Shown: piece by piece, positions 8,568 to 17,518 of the stretch
Layout: each line of letters begins with the position of its first letter
Numbering within the stretch: position 1 is the stretch's first letter
Virus record (IMG/VR): IMGVR_UViG_3300049165_000271
Location: 1 to 24,836 of that record
Length of the DNA: 24,836 bases
Strand: one strand, 5' to 3'
From: a virus
Lineage: Duplodnaviria; Caudoviricetes
The notes under the pieces: generated by a model
Database searches by the model: none
What the model was told of the DNA's origin: nothing
What the model saw: the letters and a program-made list of their open reading frames with translations, nothing else
Made by a program: the position numbers and the translations under genes

Positions 8568-9224
8568 TTAAGCGGCCTTCTTGGCAGCGGACTTCTTGGC
8601 AGCGGCCTTCTTGGCGGTACACGCTGGCGCCTGGGCGAAGGCCTGGGCACCGCCCTCGGGCGGCGCTTCGGTGCTGGGCGGAGCGAACCGCTCATCGGCG
8701 CTGTCGAGCTGCCACGGAGGAACGCCAGCCTGCCCGAGGACGCCGACGGTCACTCCCAGCAGCGCGGCCTCACTGCGCTGCAACGTGATGTCTTCGTTCT
8801 CCGTGATCGTCGCTCGGGGGAACCAGAGCTGGGCGGAGAAGTCGCCGTCTAGCCAGCGCAGGAGGACCGCGTACTCCGACTCGTGACCGGGCTCGGGCGG
8901 CGAGTAGGTGTAACCGGTCGCGGCCTCGCCGCTCCAGGTTCCGCCCGCGAAGACGAACTGCACCGAGTCGCGCGACCAGGTGGCGAGCTGGAACGCCACC
9001 GTGTTCTCGGTCTCGGTGGTGACGCGCCGAGCCGGGTAGACCGACTGCCAGACCATGATGTTCTCCGTCTCGCGGGAGTTGCCGAAGGTCACCCCGTCCT
9101 CGCTGACGAGGCCGAGCTTGCGGAAGGTGTCGGGAACATCGGCGGTGACGGCGGGCTTGGTGATGCCGGTCGGGGCGAACCAGAGGTCACCGTTGGCCCC
9201 GATGATGGGCTGCTGATCAGGCAT
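8568..9224 (-). CDS. Major tail (tube) protein
   Basis: ATG 9224 preceded by GGGAG. GDLWFAPTG...LGLVSEDGVT...WQ motif of actinophage tail tube proteins; C-terminal AKKAA repeats. Confidence 0.88.
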   Translation of the reverse strand: MPDQQPIIGANGDLWFAPTGITKPAVTADVPDTFRKLGLVSEDGVTFGNSRETENIMVWQSVYPARRVTTETENTVAFQLATWSRDSVQFVFAGGTWSGEAATGYTYSPPEPGHESEYAVLLRWLDGDFSAQLWFPRATITENEDITLQRSEAALLGVTVGVLGQAGVPPWQLDSADERFAPPSTEAPPEGGAQAFAQAPACTAKKAAAKKSAAKKAA

Positions 9225-9258
9225 GATGTGGCTCCCAGTTGGGGGCCACCGAAGGCGC

Positions 9259-9657
9259 TCAGGGATGCGCGGTGACCGTGACCGCCAGGCGGGCACGGTG
9301 AAGGACCGGCGCGAAATCGGCGTCCAGCTCGGTGGCGAGATGCGTGACGGTGGAAGCGGTCACGACGCCACCAGGGCGCGGGCCGGGCAGGCGCTCTGTC
9401 AGCGCCGAGACGAGGCACCGGGCCACGTCGGTCGCCTGGATCTGGCGGTCAGCCCAGGCGTCGATCTGAAGGTCGGCGTGGTCCAGCCACGCCCGGGGGA
9501 CGCGCCGGTCGGGGGCTCCGCCCCACCGCACGACACGCACCAGGGGGAAGGTCTTCTCCTTGGGAAGGACGGTGTAGACCCGGTCGCCGACCAGGACGGC
9601 CAGGTCCGAATCGGCTCGCAGCGCGTCGGTGACGAGCCGGAGCACGTCGCAGATCAC
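9259..9657 (-). CDS. Tail terminator/completion protein (DUF3168-like)
   Basis: GTG 9657 in a GTGA overlap with the upstream stop; LVGDRVY...P.V.V....G...LQIDAWA pattern and position before the major tail gene. Confidence 0.78.
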   Translation of the reverse strand: MICDVLRLVTDALRADSDLAVLVGDRVYTVLPKEKTFPLVRVVRWGGAPDRRVPRAWLDHADLQIDAWADRQIQATDVARCLVSALTERLPGPRPGGVVTASTVTHLATELDADFAPVLHRARLAVTVTAHP

Positions 9658-9977
9658 CGGCTCTCCACCCGCAGCCCAACGGTCTGCGCGGCACGGCTGA
9701 TCGGCCGAGTCGGCTCGGTGTTGATGGACCCGAACTCCCACAGGTGCGCGAGCGGCCAGCGGCTTCCGACGTGGACGGCGACGGTCGGGCCGTCAACGGC
9801 CGGACGTGTCTGGGTGACGCCCCGTCGGAACGCCCGGGTGCGGTGACGGCCGGGGAGGTCGGTGGCGCGGGCGGCCAGGGCGACGCGGCGGGCGGTCAAG
9901 GACAGCTCCGGCCCCATGAGCGCGACGTTGCGCGACAGCCGGCCGATGGCCGCTCGGTCGAGGTCGACGCGGGCCAT
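9654..9977 (-). CDS. Neck/tail completion protein (HK97 gp10-like)
   Basis: AHLWEFGS...P.RP motif; position in the head-tail module. Confidence 0.72.
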   Translation of the reverse strand: MARVDLDRAAIGRLSRNVALMGPELSLTARRVALAARATDLPGRHRTRAFRRGVTQTRPAVDGPTVAVHVGSRWPLAHLWEFGSINTEPTRPISRAAQTVGLRVESR

Positions 9978-9978
9978 G

Positions 9979-10305
9979 TCAGCTCGCCTCTTCCAGGGTC
10001 GCTTCGATATGCGTCGCCGCGCCGGAGAAGAGGTCTTGCGGAACGAGGGGATCGACCGTGACGGTGTAGGCGCGGCCGCCCCACTCCACTCGGTCGCCGC
10101 GTTCCAGGCACACGTCCGGTCCGGCGACCAGCCGCCACTTCGACCTCCCCACGGTTCCGTCTTCGGTGGCGGTGGCCTCTTCGGCGCTCATGTACACCTC
10201 GGCCTCAGCGGTCACCCACTCGGTGGCCTCGTTGCCGTAGGTGTCCCGGCCCGTGACCGTCCGGTGCCGGATCTCCACGCGATGCGGAGTGATCAGCGGC
10301 ATCAT
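9979..10305 (-). CDS. Head-tail stopper/closure protein
   Basis: RDTYGN, GDRVEWGGRAYTV, HIEATL motifs; position. Confidence 0.75.
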   Translation of the reverse strand: MMPLITPHRVEIRHRTVTGRDTYGNEATEWVTAEAEVYMSAEEATATEDGTVGRSKWRLVAGPDVCLERGDRVEWGGRAYTVTVDPLVPQDLFSGAATHIEATLEEAS

Positions 10306-10724
10306 GCGGATTCACCTCCGATGTCGAGGGGTCGGCGCGGCCGGCGGTCCCCCACGAACGGGCGGCGCGAGGGGGTACGCACGGAGTACGCGGACGCGCG
10401 CCCGTAGGCGGCACGAAGGGCGTCGATGTCGGCCGGGGCGAGAACCGGTCCCGCCCCGCCGTGCCCCGAGGCCGCTCCCGCGGTGAAGCTGACGACCCCG
10501 GCCCGGTACTGCTGGACCCCGGCCGGGTTGTACACGCACCGCGCCACCGCAGCGGCGAGCACCGCGTGCGCTCCGGGGCGCAGGTCGGCGGAGTCCAGGT
10601 CCGGCACGACCTGAGCGGCCCGCGCCAGCACATCGGAGATCCACGCCGCTACCTGCGCCTCCAGCGCCGCATTGAACGTGCGGCCGGTGCGCGTGGCGAT
10701 GTCGTCCACGGTCAGCGCGGGCAC
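10302..10724 (-). CDS. Head-tail adaptor/connector protein
   Basis: Directly after the capsid gene; TVDDI...AVAR...NPAG...G..S.T pattern. Confidence 0.75.
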   Translation of the reverse strand: MPALTVDDIATRTGRTFNAALEAQVAAWISDVLARAAQVVPDLDSADLRPGAHAVLAAAVARCVYNPAGVQQYRAGVVSFTAGAASGHGGAGPVLAPADIDALRAAYGRASAYSVRTPSRRPFVGDRRPRRPLDIGGESA

Positions 10725-10726
10725 CG

Positions 10727-11689
10727 CTACGCGGCCTTCTTGCGGGTGCGCGCGGCACCGGCGGGAGCGCTGAGCGCCTGAGTCGCGGGCGGCGTCGCGT
10801 CCCCGCCCGGACCGATGCGCAGCCCCAGGTGCAGCGTGCCGGTAGTGGGGTTGGCCGCGTGGTTGATCAGGTCGGTGCCGATGAGGGTGTCGAACGAGAT
10901 GATCTGCTGCTTCGTCCGAAGCTCGTAGCCGCGCACGGTTCGGATGGCGTAGCCCTCGAAGGACTGCCCGGACGCCTGGGCACCCGACGGCGGGTTGGAC
11001 AGCGCCCGGGATGCCAGCGCCATTACCTCGCGGTGGAAGGCGTAGCCGACGTCTTCGGCGGGGACCTTGGCGTACTCGTAGATATCGAAGCCCATGAGCC
11101 GCCCGAGCGAGGCTTCCCGCAGGGCCTGACCGCCGTTGCCGGAGGCATCGGCGCGGCGGATGGTGTCGGTGTCGAGCAGGCGCTTGGCCGACTCCGGCGA
11201 CAGGACCAGGGTGCGGCCGGCCTGCGGGACGCCCAGCCGGTTCATGCGCATCCGCGCGAGCGAGAGGGTCAGCAGCGGGTCACTGTCGTCCCAGGTGAGT
11301 TCGGTGGGCAGGCCGTCCAGGGTGGAGATGACGAGCTGGTCCATCGCGTCGGCGATGCCGGTCATGGCGGGGGTAATGACCTGGTCGGACAGGTTGCGCA
11401 GGTCGAGCAGCACCTCCTCGTCGGTGAGGACCACGCTGATGTCGTAGATGTCATCGAGCGAGATCGTGATACCGAACTCGGTGATGTCCTGCGGCTGGAT
11501 GCCCTCGGCCCGGTTGAACAGGCGCGGGGTGAAGGTCGGCGGGCGGCGGATGGTCAGTGTGTCGCCGGTGCCGCCGCCGTACTCGGTCTCGGCGTTGCGC
11601 CAGACGAGTCCGGCCATGATGGTGCGGTTGCGCAGGGCGGACAGGCTGGCGCGCGCGATGACTTCGGGGTTGAGGAAAGAGTGGGCCAC
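10727..11689 (-). CDS. Major capsid protein (P22 coat/gp5-like family, HK97 fold)
   Basis: GDTLTIRRP, QVITPAM..IAD..D, VPQAGR.LV..P, LREASLGRLMGFD.Y, AFHREVMALASR, SFDTL.G motifs; GAGGAG RBS. Confidence 0.9.
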   Translation of the reverse strand: MAHSFLNPEVIARASLSALRNRTIMAGLVWRNAETEYGGGTGDTLTIRRPPTFTPRLFNRAEGIQPQDITEFGITISLDDIYDISVVLTDEEVLLDLRNLSDQVITPAMTGIADAMDQLVISTLDGLPTELTWDDSDPLLTLSLARMRMNRLGVPQAGRTLVLSPESAKRLLDTDTIRRADASGNGGQALREASLGRLMGFDIYEYAKVPAEDVGYAFHREVMALASRALSNPPSGAQASGQSFEGYAIRTVRGYELRTKQQIISFDTLIGTDLINHAANPTTGTLHLGLRIGPGGDATPPATQALSAPAGAARTRKKAA

Positions 11690-11804
11690 GGTGCGGCGCT
11701 CCTCGACGTTTCACAGGATGAGCGGATGTCTCCGCGCACACCTGGCGTCGCGGTCGAAGTGCCGCACCGGGCAGCACACAGAAGGATATGGGCATACCGA
11801 CCGG

Positions 11805-12368
11805 TCAGTCGGCTACGAATCCCATCTCCTTTTCGAAATCGGTGACGGAATAGGAGGAGTAGTCCTTGCCTCCGGTTCCGGTGACGCCGATTCCGGCGTC
11901 CTGAGGTGAGGCAACGGGCGCCTGCTCGGTGAGGTAGGGCTTCTGCTCGGCGATGGCGCGCAGCGCGTCCCGCACCGCGTCGCGGTTGATGGCGCCGTCC
12001 TTGTCGGTCTCGATGTCGTCCAGGTCCAGCAGGCGTACGGCGTCGCCAGCGTCGCGGAACTTCAGCTCGGCAGCGACAGCGCGGGCCTCGGCCTCGCCGA
12101 GCAGCCGGGTGTATCGGCTGGCGAGGGCCTGTTCGGTCTCGGCCTTCGCCGCAGCGACCGCCTTCTCCATCTCGGTGGCGCTGGCGGCCTCCAGTTCGGC
12201 GGCCTTGGCTGCGGCCGGTTCGAGCTCGCGCACCTGGCTGCGGTAGCGGGCGTTCTCCCGCCGTAGCTTCTCGACGTAGGCGCGGGTGAACTCCGGCGCT
12301 TCCGTGTCGGTGGTGTCCTGGCCCTCGTCGGTGGCCGTCGGGGCGCCCTCGGGGGCGACTTCGGACAT
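11805..12368 (-). CDS. Capsid scaffolding protein
   Basis: Acidic N-terminus, KLRRENARYR coiled coil, D..DAVRLLD, KPYL motif; located just upstream of the capsid gene. Confidence 0.85.
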   Translation of the reverse strand: MSEVAPEGAPTATDEGQDTTDTEAPEFTRAYVEKLRRENARYRSQVRELEPAAAKAAELEAASATEMEKAVAAAKAETEQALASRYTRLLGEAEARAVAAELKFRDAGDAVRLLDLDDIETDKDGAINRDAVRDALRAIAEQKPYLTEQAPVASPQDAGIGVTGTGGKDYSSYSVTDFEKEMGFVAD

Positions 12369-12381
12369 GGGGTTCCCTTCT

Positions 12382-13395
12382 TCAGACTCGAACGGCTTCG
12401 GTCAGCCAGCCGTTTCGGGCCAGCTCTTCGCGGAGTAGGTGCGGCTGGTGGGCGTAGGTGGCGCGTATCCACCGCAGCGACCGACCGCGACCACGCTGGG
12501 CGGAGTTGATCTCGTGGGGCTCGATGCCGAGCCGGGCGGCGGTGGCGCGGTCGGCGCGGCTGATGCGCCGGGGCGGAGCATGACGGCCTTGCACGATCGG
12601 CGAGACCGAGGCCCCGCTCTCGATGGCCTCGGCGCCGGCGGTGCCGAAGACCTGGCGGCGTTCGGCCGGGGACATCGCGGCGGCCAAGGCGTCAGGGGTA
12701 TGGGACGCGGCAACCCCGCCGACGATGCCCAGGCCGGGCACGTGGTAGGTGGGGACGTGAACGCATCCCTCACACCTCGGGTGTCGCTGGAAGGCGTCGG
12801 TGTAGCGGTAGAAGCGCCCGGCAAGCACGAGGCACCGGTCACAGGCCGGGAGCGTGACCAAGCGCTCGTAGCCGGTGATCCGGTCGTCCAAGACCATTCC
12901 GGTCGACAGCACTTCGCGGGCGGTGTCGCCGACCTCGGTGGAGACGGTGCGCTCCAGAATCGAGCGGGACCGCACCCATGCGGCGTCGGGGGCCATGCCG
13001 CCCCAGATCATCGATCGGGCGGCCATCTGCGCGTGGTCGAGGACGTCGAGGAGGTCCCGGCCGGTCTGGGACCTGCCGACGACCGCGGCCTCCACGTCGA
13101 GCACGGGCACCCCCGGGCCATCGGGGACGCCCAGTGCGTCAGCGTGCGCGGCGAGGTAGGCCAGCGCCAGGAGGGCGACGTCGCGCTGAGCGTCGGCCAG
13201 GGCTTCGGCGGCACGGACCCGCGCGTGGGACCACTGGGACTCAATGGACCCGAAGGGGTTGATCTGCTCCCACAGCTCCAGCATGAACGCCAACACCTGT
13301 GCGGCGGTGGTGATCTCCGCAGCGGCGAACCGCTGCGCCACCGTGACGGCCGGCTGCCCGCCATAGCCGACGCGGCGCCGGTCCTGGGCTCGCAT
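12382..13395 (-). CDS. Head morphogenesis/minor capsid protein (MuF-like)
   Basis: Lies between portal and scaffold; GYER....ACDRCLVLAGRFY....FQRHPRC.C motif; TGATG coupling to the portal gene. Confidence 0.78.
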   Translation of the reverse strand: MRAQDRRRVGYGGQPAVTVAQRFAAAEITTAAQVLAFMLELWEQINPFGSIESQWSHARVRAAEALADAQRDVALLALAYLAAHADALGVPDGPGVPVLDVEAAVVGRSQTGRDLLDVLDHAQMAARSMIWGGMAPDAAWVRSRSILERTVSTEVGDTAREVLSTGMVLDDRITGYERLVTLPACDRCLVLAGRFYRYTDAFQRHPRCEGCVHVPTYHVPGLGIVGGVAASHTPDALAAAMSPAERRQVFGTAGAEAIESGASVSPIVQGRHAPPRRISRADRATAARLGIEPHEINSAQRGRGRSLRWIRATYAHQPHLLREELARNGWLTEAVRV

Positions 13396-14762
13396 CAGGC
13401 GACCTCGTCAAGCACGGCCACTTCGGTGTCGTCCTCGGGCAGCCGTGCGCCGAACAGCGCCCCGGACGTCTGCGCGGCCGTAGCGAGCTGTGCCGCGTCG
13501 GCCTGCATCCGCTTCCACCGGTCGATGGTCGCCGGACTCGCACCGTAGCGCTCCCAGAGCGCTTCCTGCGGAATGGCGATGGGCGGGCTGCCGAGCTTGG
13601 TCAGCGCGTCGACGATCTGGCCTTCGGTCCGGGTCGACGGGTCGGCCCACACCGCCTCGCACGGGGTCTGGACCGCGCCTCCGGCAGCGGCGACCAGGTC
13701 CAGCACGCGCGCCCACGCTTCACCGAGGACGACAAGCTTGTTCTGCACCTTGGAGACGAGCCCCGCTTCGGCGGCCTTGATGGCGTCACCGGAGAGGTTC
13801 ACGAGCTGGCCGAGAAGGTAGTGCGGCGGCACTTGGCTGATCGCCGCGAGTTGGCGAACGAGACTGTCCAGCACGGTCACGTAGTTGGCGAGGTTCGATT
13901 CACTGAACTCGCCGAACCGGACGTCCGGCGCCTCGGCAACCCATAGCCGGTCCACGGCCGCGTTGAACGGCTCGACCGGATTCCCGTCGTCGTCTTCGGG
14001 GATCGCCATGCCCGTCGCCCACCGCTGCCGGTAGGCGCTGTAGATCATGGCGAGCTGCAAGTTGAGATTGACCCCGTTGATGCGGTGCTGGATCGGAAGC
14101 AGAGGCGCAATCTCGCTCGCGACGTCTCCCATCAGGTCGGGGTCGTTGGGGAACTCCACGAACGGCACACGGCCCAAGGGGTTGGGGACGCGCCCCTCCT
14201 CCTGCCACTGTCCAGCCCCGTTGTCGCGGGTGTAGCGGACGACCTCGCGGGTGTCGTAGAGGAACGCTCTCTCGATGGTCTGGCCCTCGGGCGTTTCGGC
14301 GGCGATCTTCTTCACCGCCCACACCGGTGAGAAGTCGAGTGCCTCGCGTTCGACGTAGACGCGCAGCGGCGACTCGCCCCGGATGATCGGTGTAGACGGA
14401 TCGCTCGCGTTCGGCCACACGGAGACGAACGCCCGGCCGAGCTTCAGCGACTCGGTGTAGACCTGCGACTGGACGGCGACCATCCGGTTCGCTTCTAGGA
14501 TGCGCCAGGCTTCCAGGTCGCCCGCCTGGTCGCCCTTCCCCCGGATGCCCTCCAGCTTCATCCGCTCCGCGATGGCGTCGACCACCATCCGCAGCCACGC
14601 CGACGTCGCGCTCTCCGCGAGCCGCTTGTACTCCGCTTTGGCGCGACGGGGCAGATAGGGCTCGTCCTGGTCCCCGCGGTAGTGCCGGTGCAGCATCTCC
14701 AGTTCGTCGCGGTCGGCGTCGAGACGTTCCAGCCCTCGGGACAGGCGACGGTCTTCGGGCAC
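13395..14762 (-). CDS. Portal protein (SPP1 gp6-like)
   Basis: HYRGDQ, W..MVVDAIAERM..EG, NPLGRVPFVEFPN, SAYRQRWATG, PPHYLLG...NLSGDAIKAAEAGL motifs. Confidence 0.92.
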   Translation of the reverse strand: MPEDRRLSRGLERLDADRDELEMLHRHYRGDQDEPYLPRRAKAEYKRLAESATSAWLRMVVDAIAERMKLEGIRGKGDQAGDLEAWRILEANRMVAVQSQVYTESLKLGRAFVSVWPNASDPSTPIIRGESPLRVYVEREALDFSPVWAVKKIAAETPEGQTIERAFLYDTREVVRYTRDNGAGQWQEEGRVPNPLGRVPFVEFPNDPDLMGDVASEIAPLLPIQHRINGVNLNLQLAMIYSAYRQRWATGMAIPEDDDGNPVEPFNAAVDRLWVAEAPDVRFGEFSESNLANYVTVLDSLVRQLAAISQVPPHYLLGQLVNLSGDAIKAAEAGLVSKVQNKLVVLGEAWARVLDLVAAAGGAVQTPCEAVWADPSTRTEGQIVDALTKLGSPPIAIPQEALWERYGASPATIDRWKRMQADAAQLATAAQTSGALFGARLPEDDTEVAVLDEVA

Positions 14763-14800
14763 GACGAGTCACCGCCTTCCGGCGTTGGCGTGAGTGAGGG

Positions 14801-16474
14801 TTAGAAGCCGACGACACGGCCGGAGCGCGGCTTCCGGGCGCGGGTCCGCCAGGCGGCTACCGCCATCGCGGCGGTGAGCACCGCGTCGATGCGCTTGGAC
14901 TTGCCGCCTCGGCGCGGCTTGACGGGCTTGATCAGCTCGGGGTCGTCGTGGCCGCGCTTGACCTCGACGGCATCGAAGCAGAAGCGCGCGACGGGGTTCG
15001 CATGGTGCAGAAGCGCCTTGGTCTTGAGGACGGCCATCAGCTCGTTCATGCCGGGGCTGAGCCCGGCGAAGGTCTGCGAGACCGGCACCAGCTCGACCGA
15101 GGGACCGATGCGAGCGGCGAGTTCCTGCACGGCCGGTTCTCCGCTCCAGGGGTCGTAGCCGACCTCGGCGAGCGTGACGGCGGCCGCGTCGTCGGCGATG
15201 TCGGCGTACACCTGCTGGTAGTCGATGACGTCGCCCTCGGTCACGGTGAGCCAGCCGTCCCGCATCCACGCCTCCGCTGCTCCGGCAGTCGTCTGCACCA
15301 GCGCGGGCAACGCCGCTTCGGGGAGCCAGTGGCGCCAGCTGATGTCGGCGGTGCCGTCGGGCCGGGGCACCAGCACCGCCCACGAGGTGAGGTCGAGTCG
15401 GGCGCTGAGGTCGAGTCCACCGAAGGCCAGCGGCCGGCCGTGCGGCACCCGCCAGTCCGGCGAAGGCCAGACCTCACCGGTGGAGCCGTCGTAGAGGTCC
15501 ATCGGAATCCACCGGGTCACCTGGGAGACCCACTGGTTGAGTCGGTACTGTCTGAATGAGTTTTCCTGAGCGGCGTTTTCGCGCGCCTCGGCCGCTTCCT
15601 CCCGAAGCGTCTGAAGGCTGAGGAAGTCCCCCAACGCGGGGGCCGCCTCGACCCACCGCGACTCGTCCCAGGGGTCGGCGTCGGCGGGCAGCTCGGCGAT
15701 GTAGGCGAACCGGTGCGGGGACCTTTTGGGGTTCTCGATGACCTTCTTGGCCTCGACGTACTCGCTGTACGCGAAGCTGTCGCGGTCATTGCCCGCCGTC
15801 GTGATCGCCAGCATCAATGGCTGTGTTCGCGTACCAGCGCCGGTCCGCATCGCGTCCCACAAGGAGCTGTCCGGCGCAGTCAGCAACTCGTCGTGGATGT
15901 ACCCGTGGGGGTTATGACCCAGGTTGCCCGCTGCGTCCGAGGCGATGACCTCGTAGTAGGACCCGGTCTGCTCGTCCACGATGCGCTTTGCGTGAGCCTT
16001 GACGACCAGGCGCCGCGACAGCACGGGCGACAGCTGGACCATGCGGGCCGCGACGTCGAAGACTTTCCGAGCCTGATCACGATCGGACGCGGCGCCGTAG
16101 ATCTCCGCGCCTTCCTCGCCGTCGGCCACGAGGAGATATAGCGCTATTCCTGCCGCCAGCTCCGATTTGCCGCATTTTCGCGCCATCGACACGTAGGCGA
16201 TACGGTACCGACGGACATAGCACTCGGCCTGCTCATCCCACCGCACCTCGGAGAACAGGGGCCGCAAGATGCCCTGCTCCTGCCACTCCGCGAGCCGGAA
16301 TGGAGTCCGAGCCCATCGGGCTTTGGTGTGCACGAGGAGCTCATGAAAAAAGGCAACAACATGATTTCCGCGTGGGGCACAGGCGTGCAACCCACGCTTA
16401 CCGCAGCCGATTCCATCAAAAACGAAATCACATTTTGGGTCACACATCGCCGATCCATGACCCTCCGCATTCAA
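14801..16474 (-). CDS. terL: Terminase large subunit
   Basis: Walker A-like ARKCGKSE, EIYGAASDRDQA, Walker B HDEL, ITTAG, FRQYRLNQW, nuclease GGLDLS...D and RIDAV. Start may be ATG 16447. Confidence 0.95.
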   Translation of the reverse strand: MNAEGHGSAMCDPKCDFVFDGIGCGKRGLHACAPRGNHVVAFFHELLVHTKARWARTPFRLAEWQEQGILRPLFSEVRWDEQAECYVRRYRIAYVSMARKCGKSELAAGIALYLLVADGEEGAEIYGAASDRDQARKVFDVAARMVQLSPVLSRRLVVKAHAKRIVDEQTGSYYEVIASDAAGNLGHNPHGYIHDELLTAPDSSLWDAMRTGAGTRTQPLMLAITTAGNDRDSFAYSEYVEAKKVIENPKRSPHRFAYIAELPADADPWDESRWVEAAPALGDFLSLQTLREEAAEARENAAQENSFRQYRLNQWVSQVTRWIPMDLYDGSTGEVWPSPDWRVPHGRPLAFGGLDLSARLDLTSWAVLVPRPDGTADISWRHWLPEAALPALVQTTAGAAEAWMRDGWLTVTEGDVIDYQQVYADIADDAAAVTLAEVGYDPWSGEPAVQELAARIGPSVELVPVSQTFAGLSPGMNELMAVLKTKALLHHANPVARFCFDAVEVKRGHDDPELIKPVKPRRGGKSKRIDAVLTAAMAVAAWRTRARKPRSGRVVGF

Positions 16475-16486
16475 GGCGCAAGCAAC

Positions 16487-17053
16487 ATGGAACCTACAAC
16501 CGTCACGATAATCGCGGCAGGAATGACGCTCTCTGGGGCCATCTTTGGCGCTCTAATGTCCCAGATTCCTCATTTTTTCCTACATAGAAGCGAGAAGATC
16601 AAACACATAGAACTCCAGCGCGAGAGGTGGGAGACATCCTCGCTCAAACTTTCAGAAGAGATTCTTTCCGCCGCCTACGAGATCGAGAACAAATCGATGG
16701 GCATTGCACTCGCCGTCAATAGGAGGAGTAACCCAAAAGCCATACCAGGCGCCGGAGGGCGGTCGGGCGCTGCTGAGGAAGTCCGGTCCAGCCGGAATGA
16801 CGCGCAAGAGCTCATCCAGCAGATGGAGAAATACATCGGGCGATTGTCTCTCTATATCGAACCTGTTGATCTCGCTACCGCAGACCGCTTGCTCACTCAT
16901 TGCCATCTACTTCTGGCAAGATCGCTTCATGGCACCTTTCGAGACACACCCGATATAATGTCTTTCGAGCGGCAGCACACGCTCTTCAGGGAGATAAGAG
17001 AAGATTTCCGTCTATGCGTAAGGCGCAGATTCGAGCGGTCAACTAGCCCTTGA
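16487..17053 (+). CDS. Accessory (moron-like) protein with N-terminal TM helix, unknown function
   Basis: Visibly AT-richer than its flanks. Hydrophobic N-terminus (VTIIAAGMTLSGAIFGALM) followed by a helical domain. Fills the terS-terL gap exactly; its TGA abuts the terS TAA. Confidence 0.75.
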   Translation: MEPTTVTIIAAGMTLSGAIFGALMSQIPHFFLHRSEKIKHIELQRERWETSSLKLSEEILSAAYEIENKSMGIALAVNRRSNPKAIPGAGGRSGAAEEVRSSRNDAQELIQQMEKYIGRLSLYIEPVDLATADRLLTHCHLLLARSLHGTFRDTPDIMSFERQHTLFREIREDFRLCVRRRFERSTSP

Positions 17054-17506
17054 TTAGACTAGAATGCGCACAGCAGGATCGGTGAACTCGGTTTCTTGGG
17101 TAAAACCGACCCGAGCCGCAGGGGTCAACCCAAATTCCCTGGCGAACAACAACATTGTCCGCGAAGATTCCCTTTGAATGCGGACGGCTGGGTTGGTTCG
17201 GAGGTCGCCATCTCTGTCTTTAATTAGTGGCCCGGCGCGCTGGACGAGCGTCGACGCCTGGGAGTGAAGACGGACGGCTTCGACGTAGGCGTGGAGCTGA
17301 TGCCGGTCGGGTCGGGCCGCCAGCCCCATGGCGTCGAGTTCGGCCACGATCTCGTGCCAGAGCGCTAGGGTCGCGTCGTCCAGACCTTCGGGCGGCTCCG
17401 GCAGGCCGGCGGCAGGCTGGGGCTCGGATTGATTGATCCGGTGGGGCCGTTCGCCGTGGAGCACGCGGAGGTTGGTGGGCTTAGGGGCAGGGCCTCGGCG
17501 ACCCAT
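17054..17506 (-). CDS. terS: Terminase small subunit (P27 family)
   Basis: MGRRGPAPKPT.LRVL.G, P.PP..L......W, NPAV.IQ, EFGLTPAAR motifs; ATG 17506 with GAGGT RBS. Confidence 0.92.
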   Translation of the reverse strand: MGRRGPAPKPTNLRVLHGERPHRINQSEPQPAAGLPEPPEGLDDATLALWHEIVAELDAMGLAARPDRHQLHAYVEAVRLHSQASTLVQRAGPLIKDRDGDLRTNPAVRIQRESSRTMLLFAREFGLTPAARVGFTQETEFTDPAVRILV

Positions 17507-17518
17507 CGACCTCACCCC

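Noticed and set aside
16328-16486. 53-aa N-terminal extension of the moron ORF
   Set aside because: Overlaps the terL 5' end on the opposite strand; ATG 16487 gives a non-overlapping gene starting with the TM helix.
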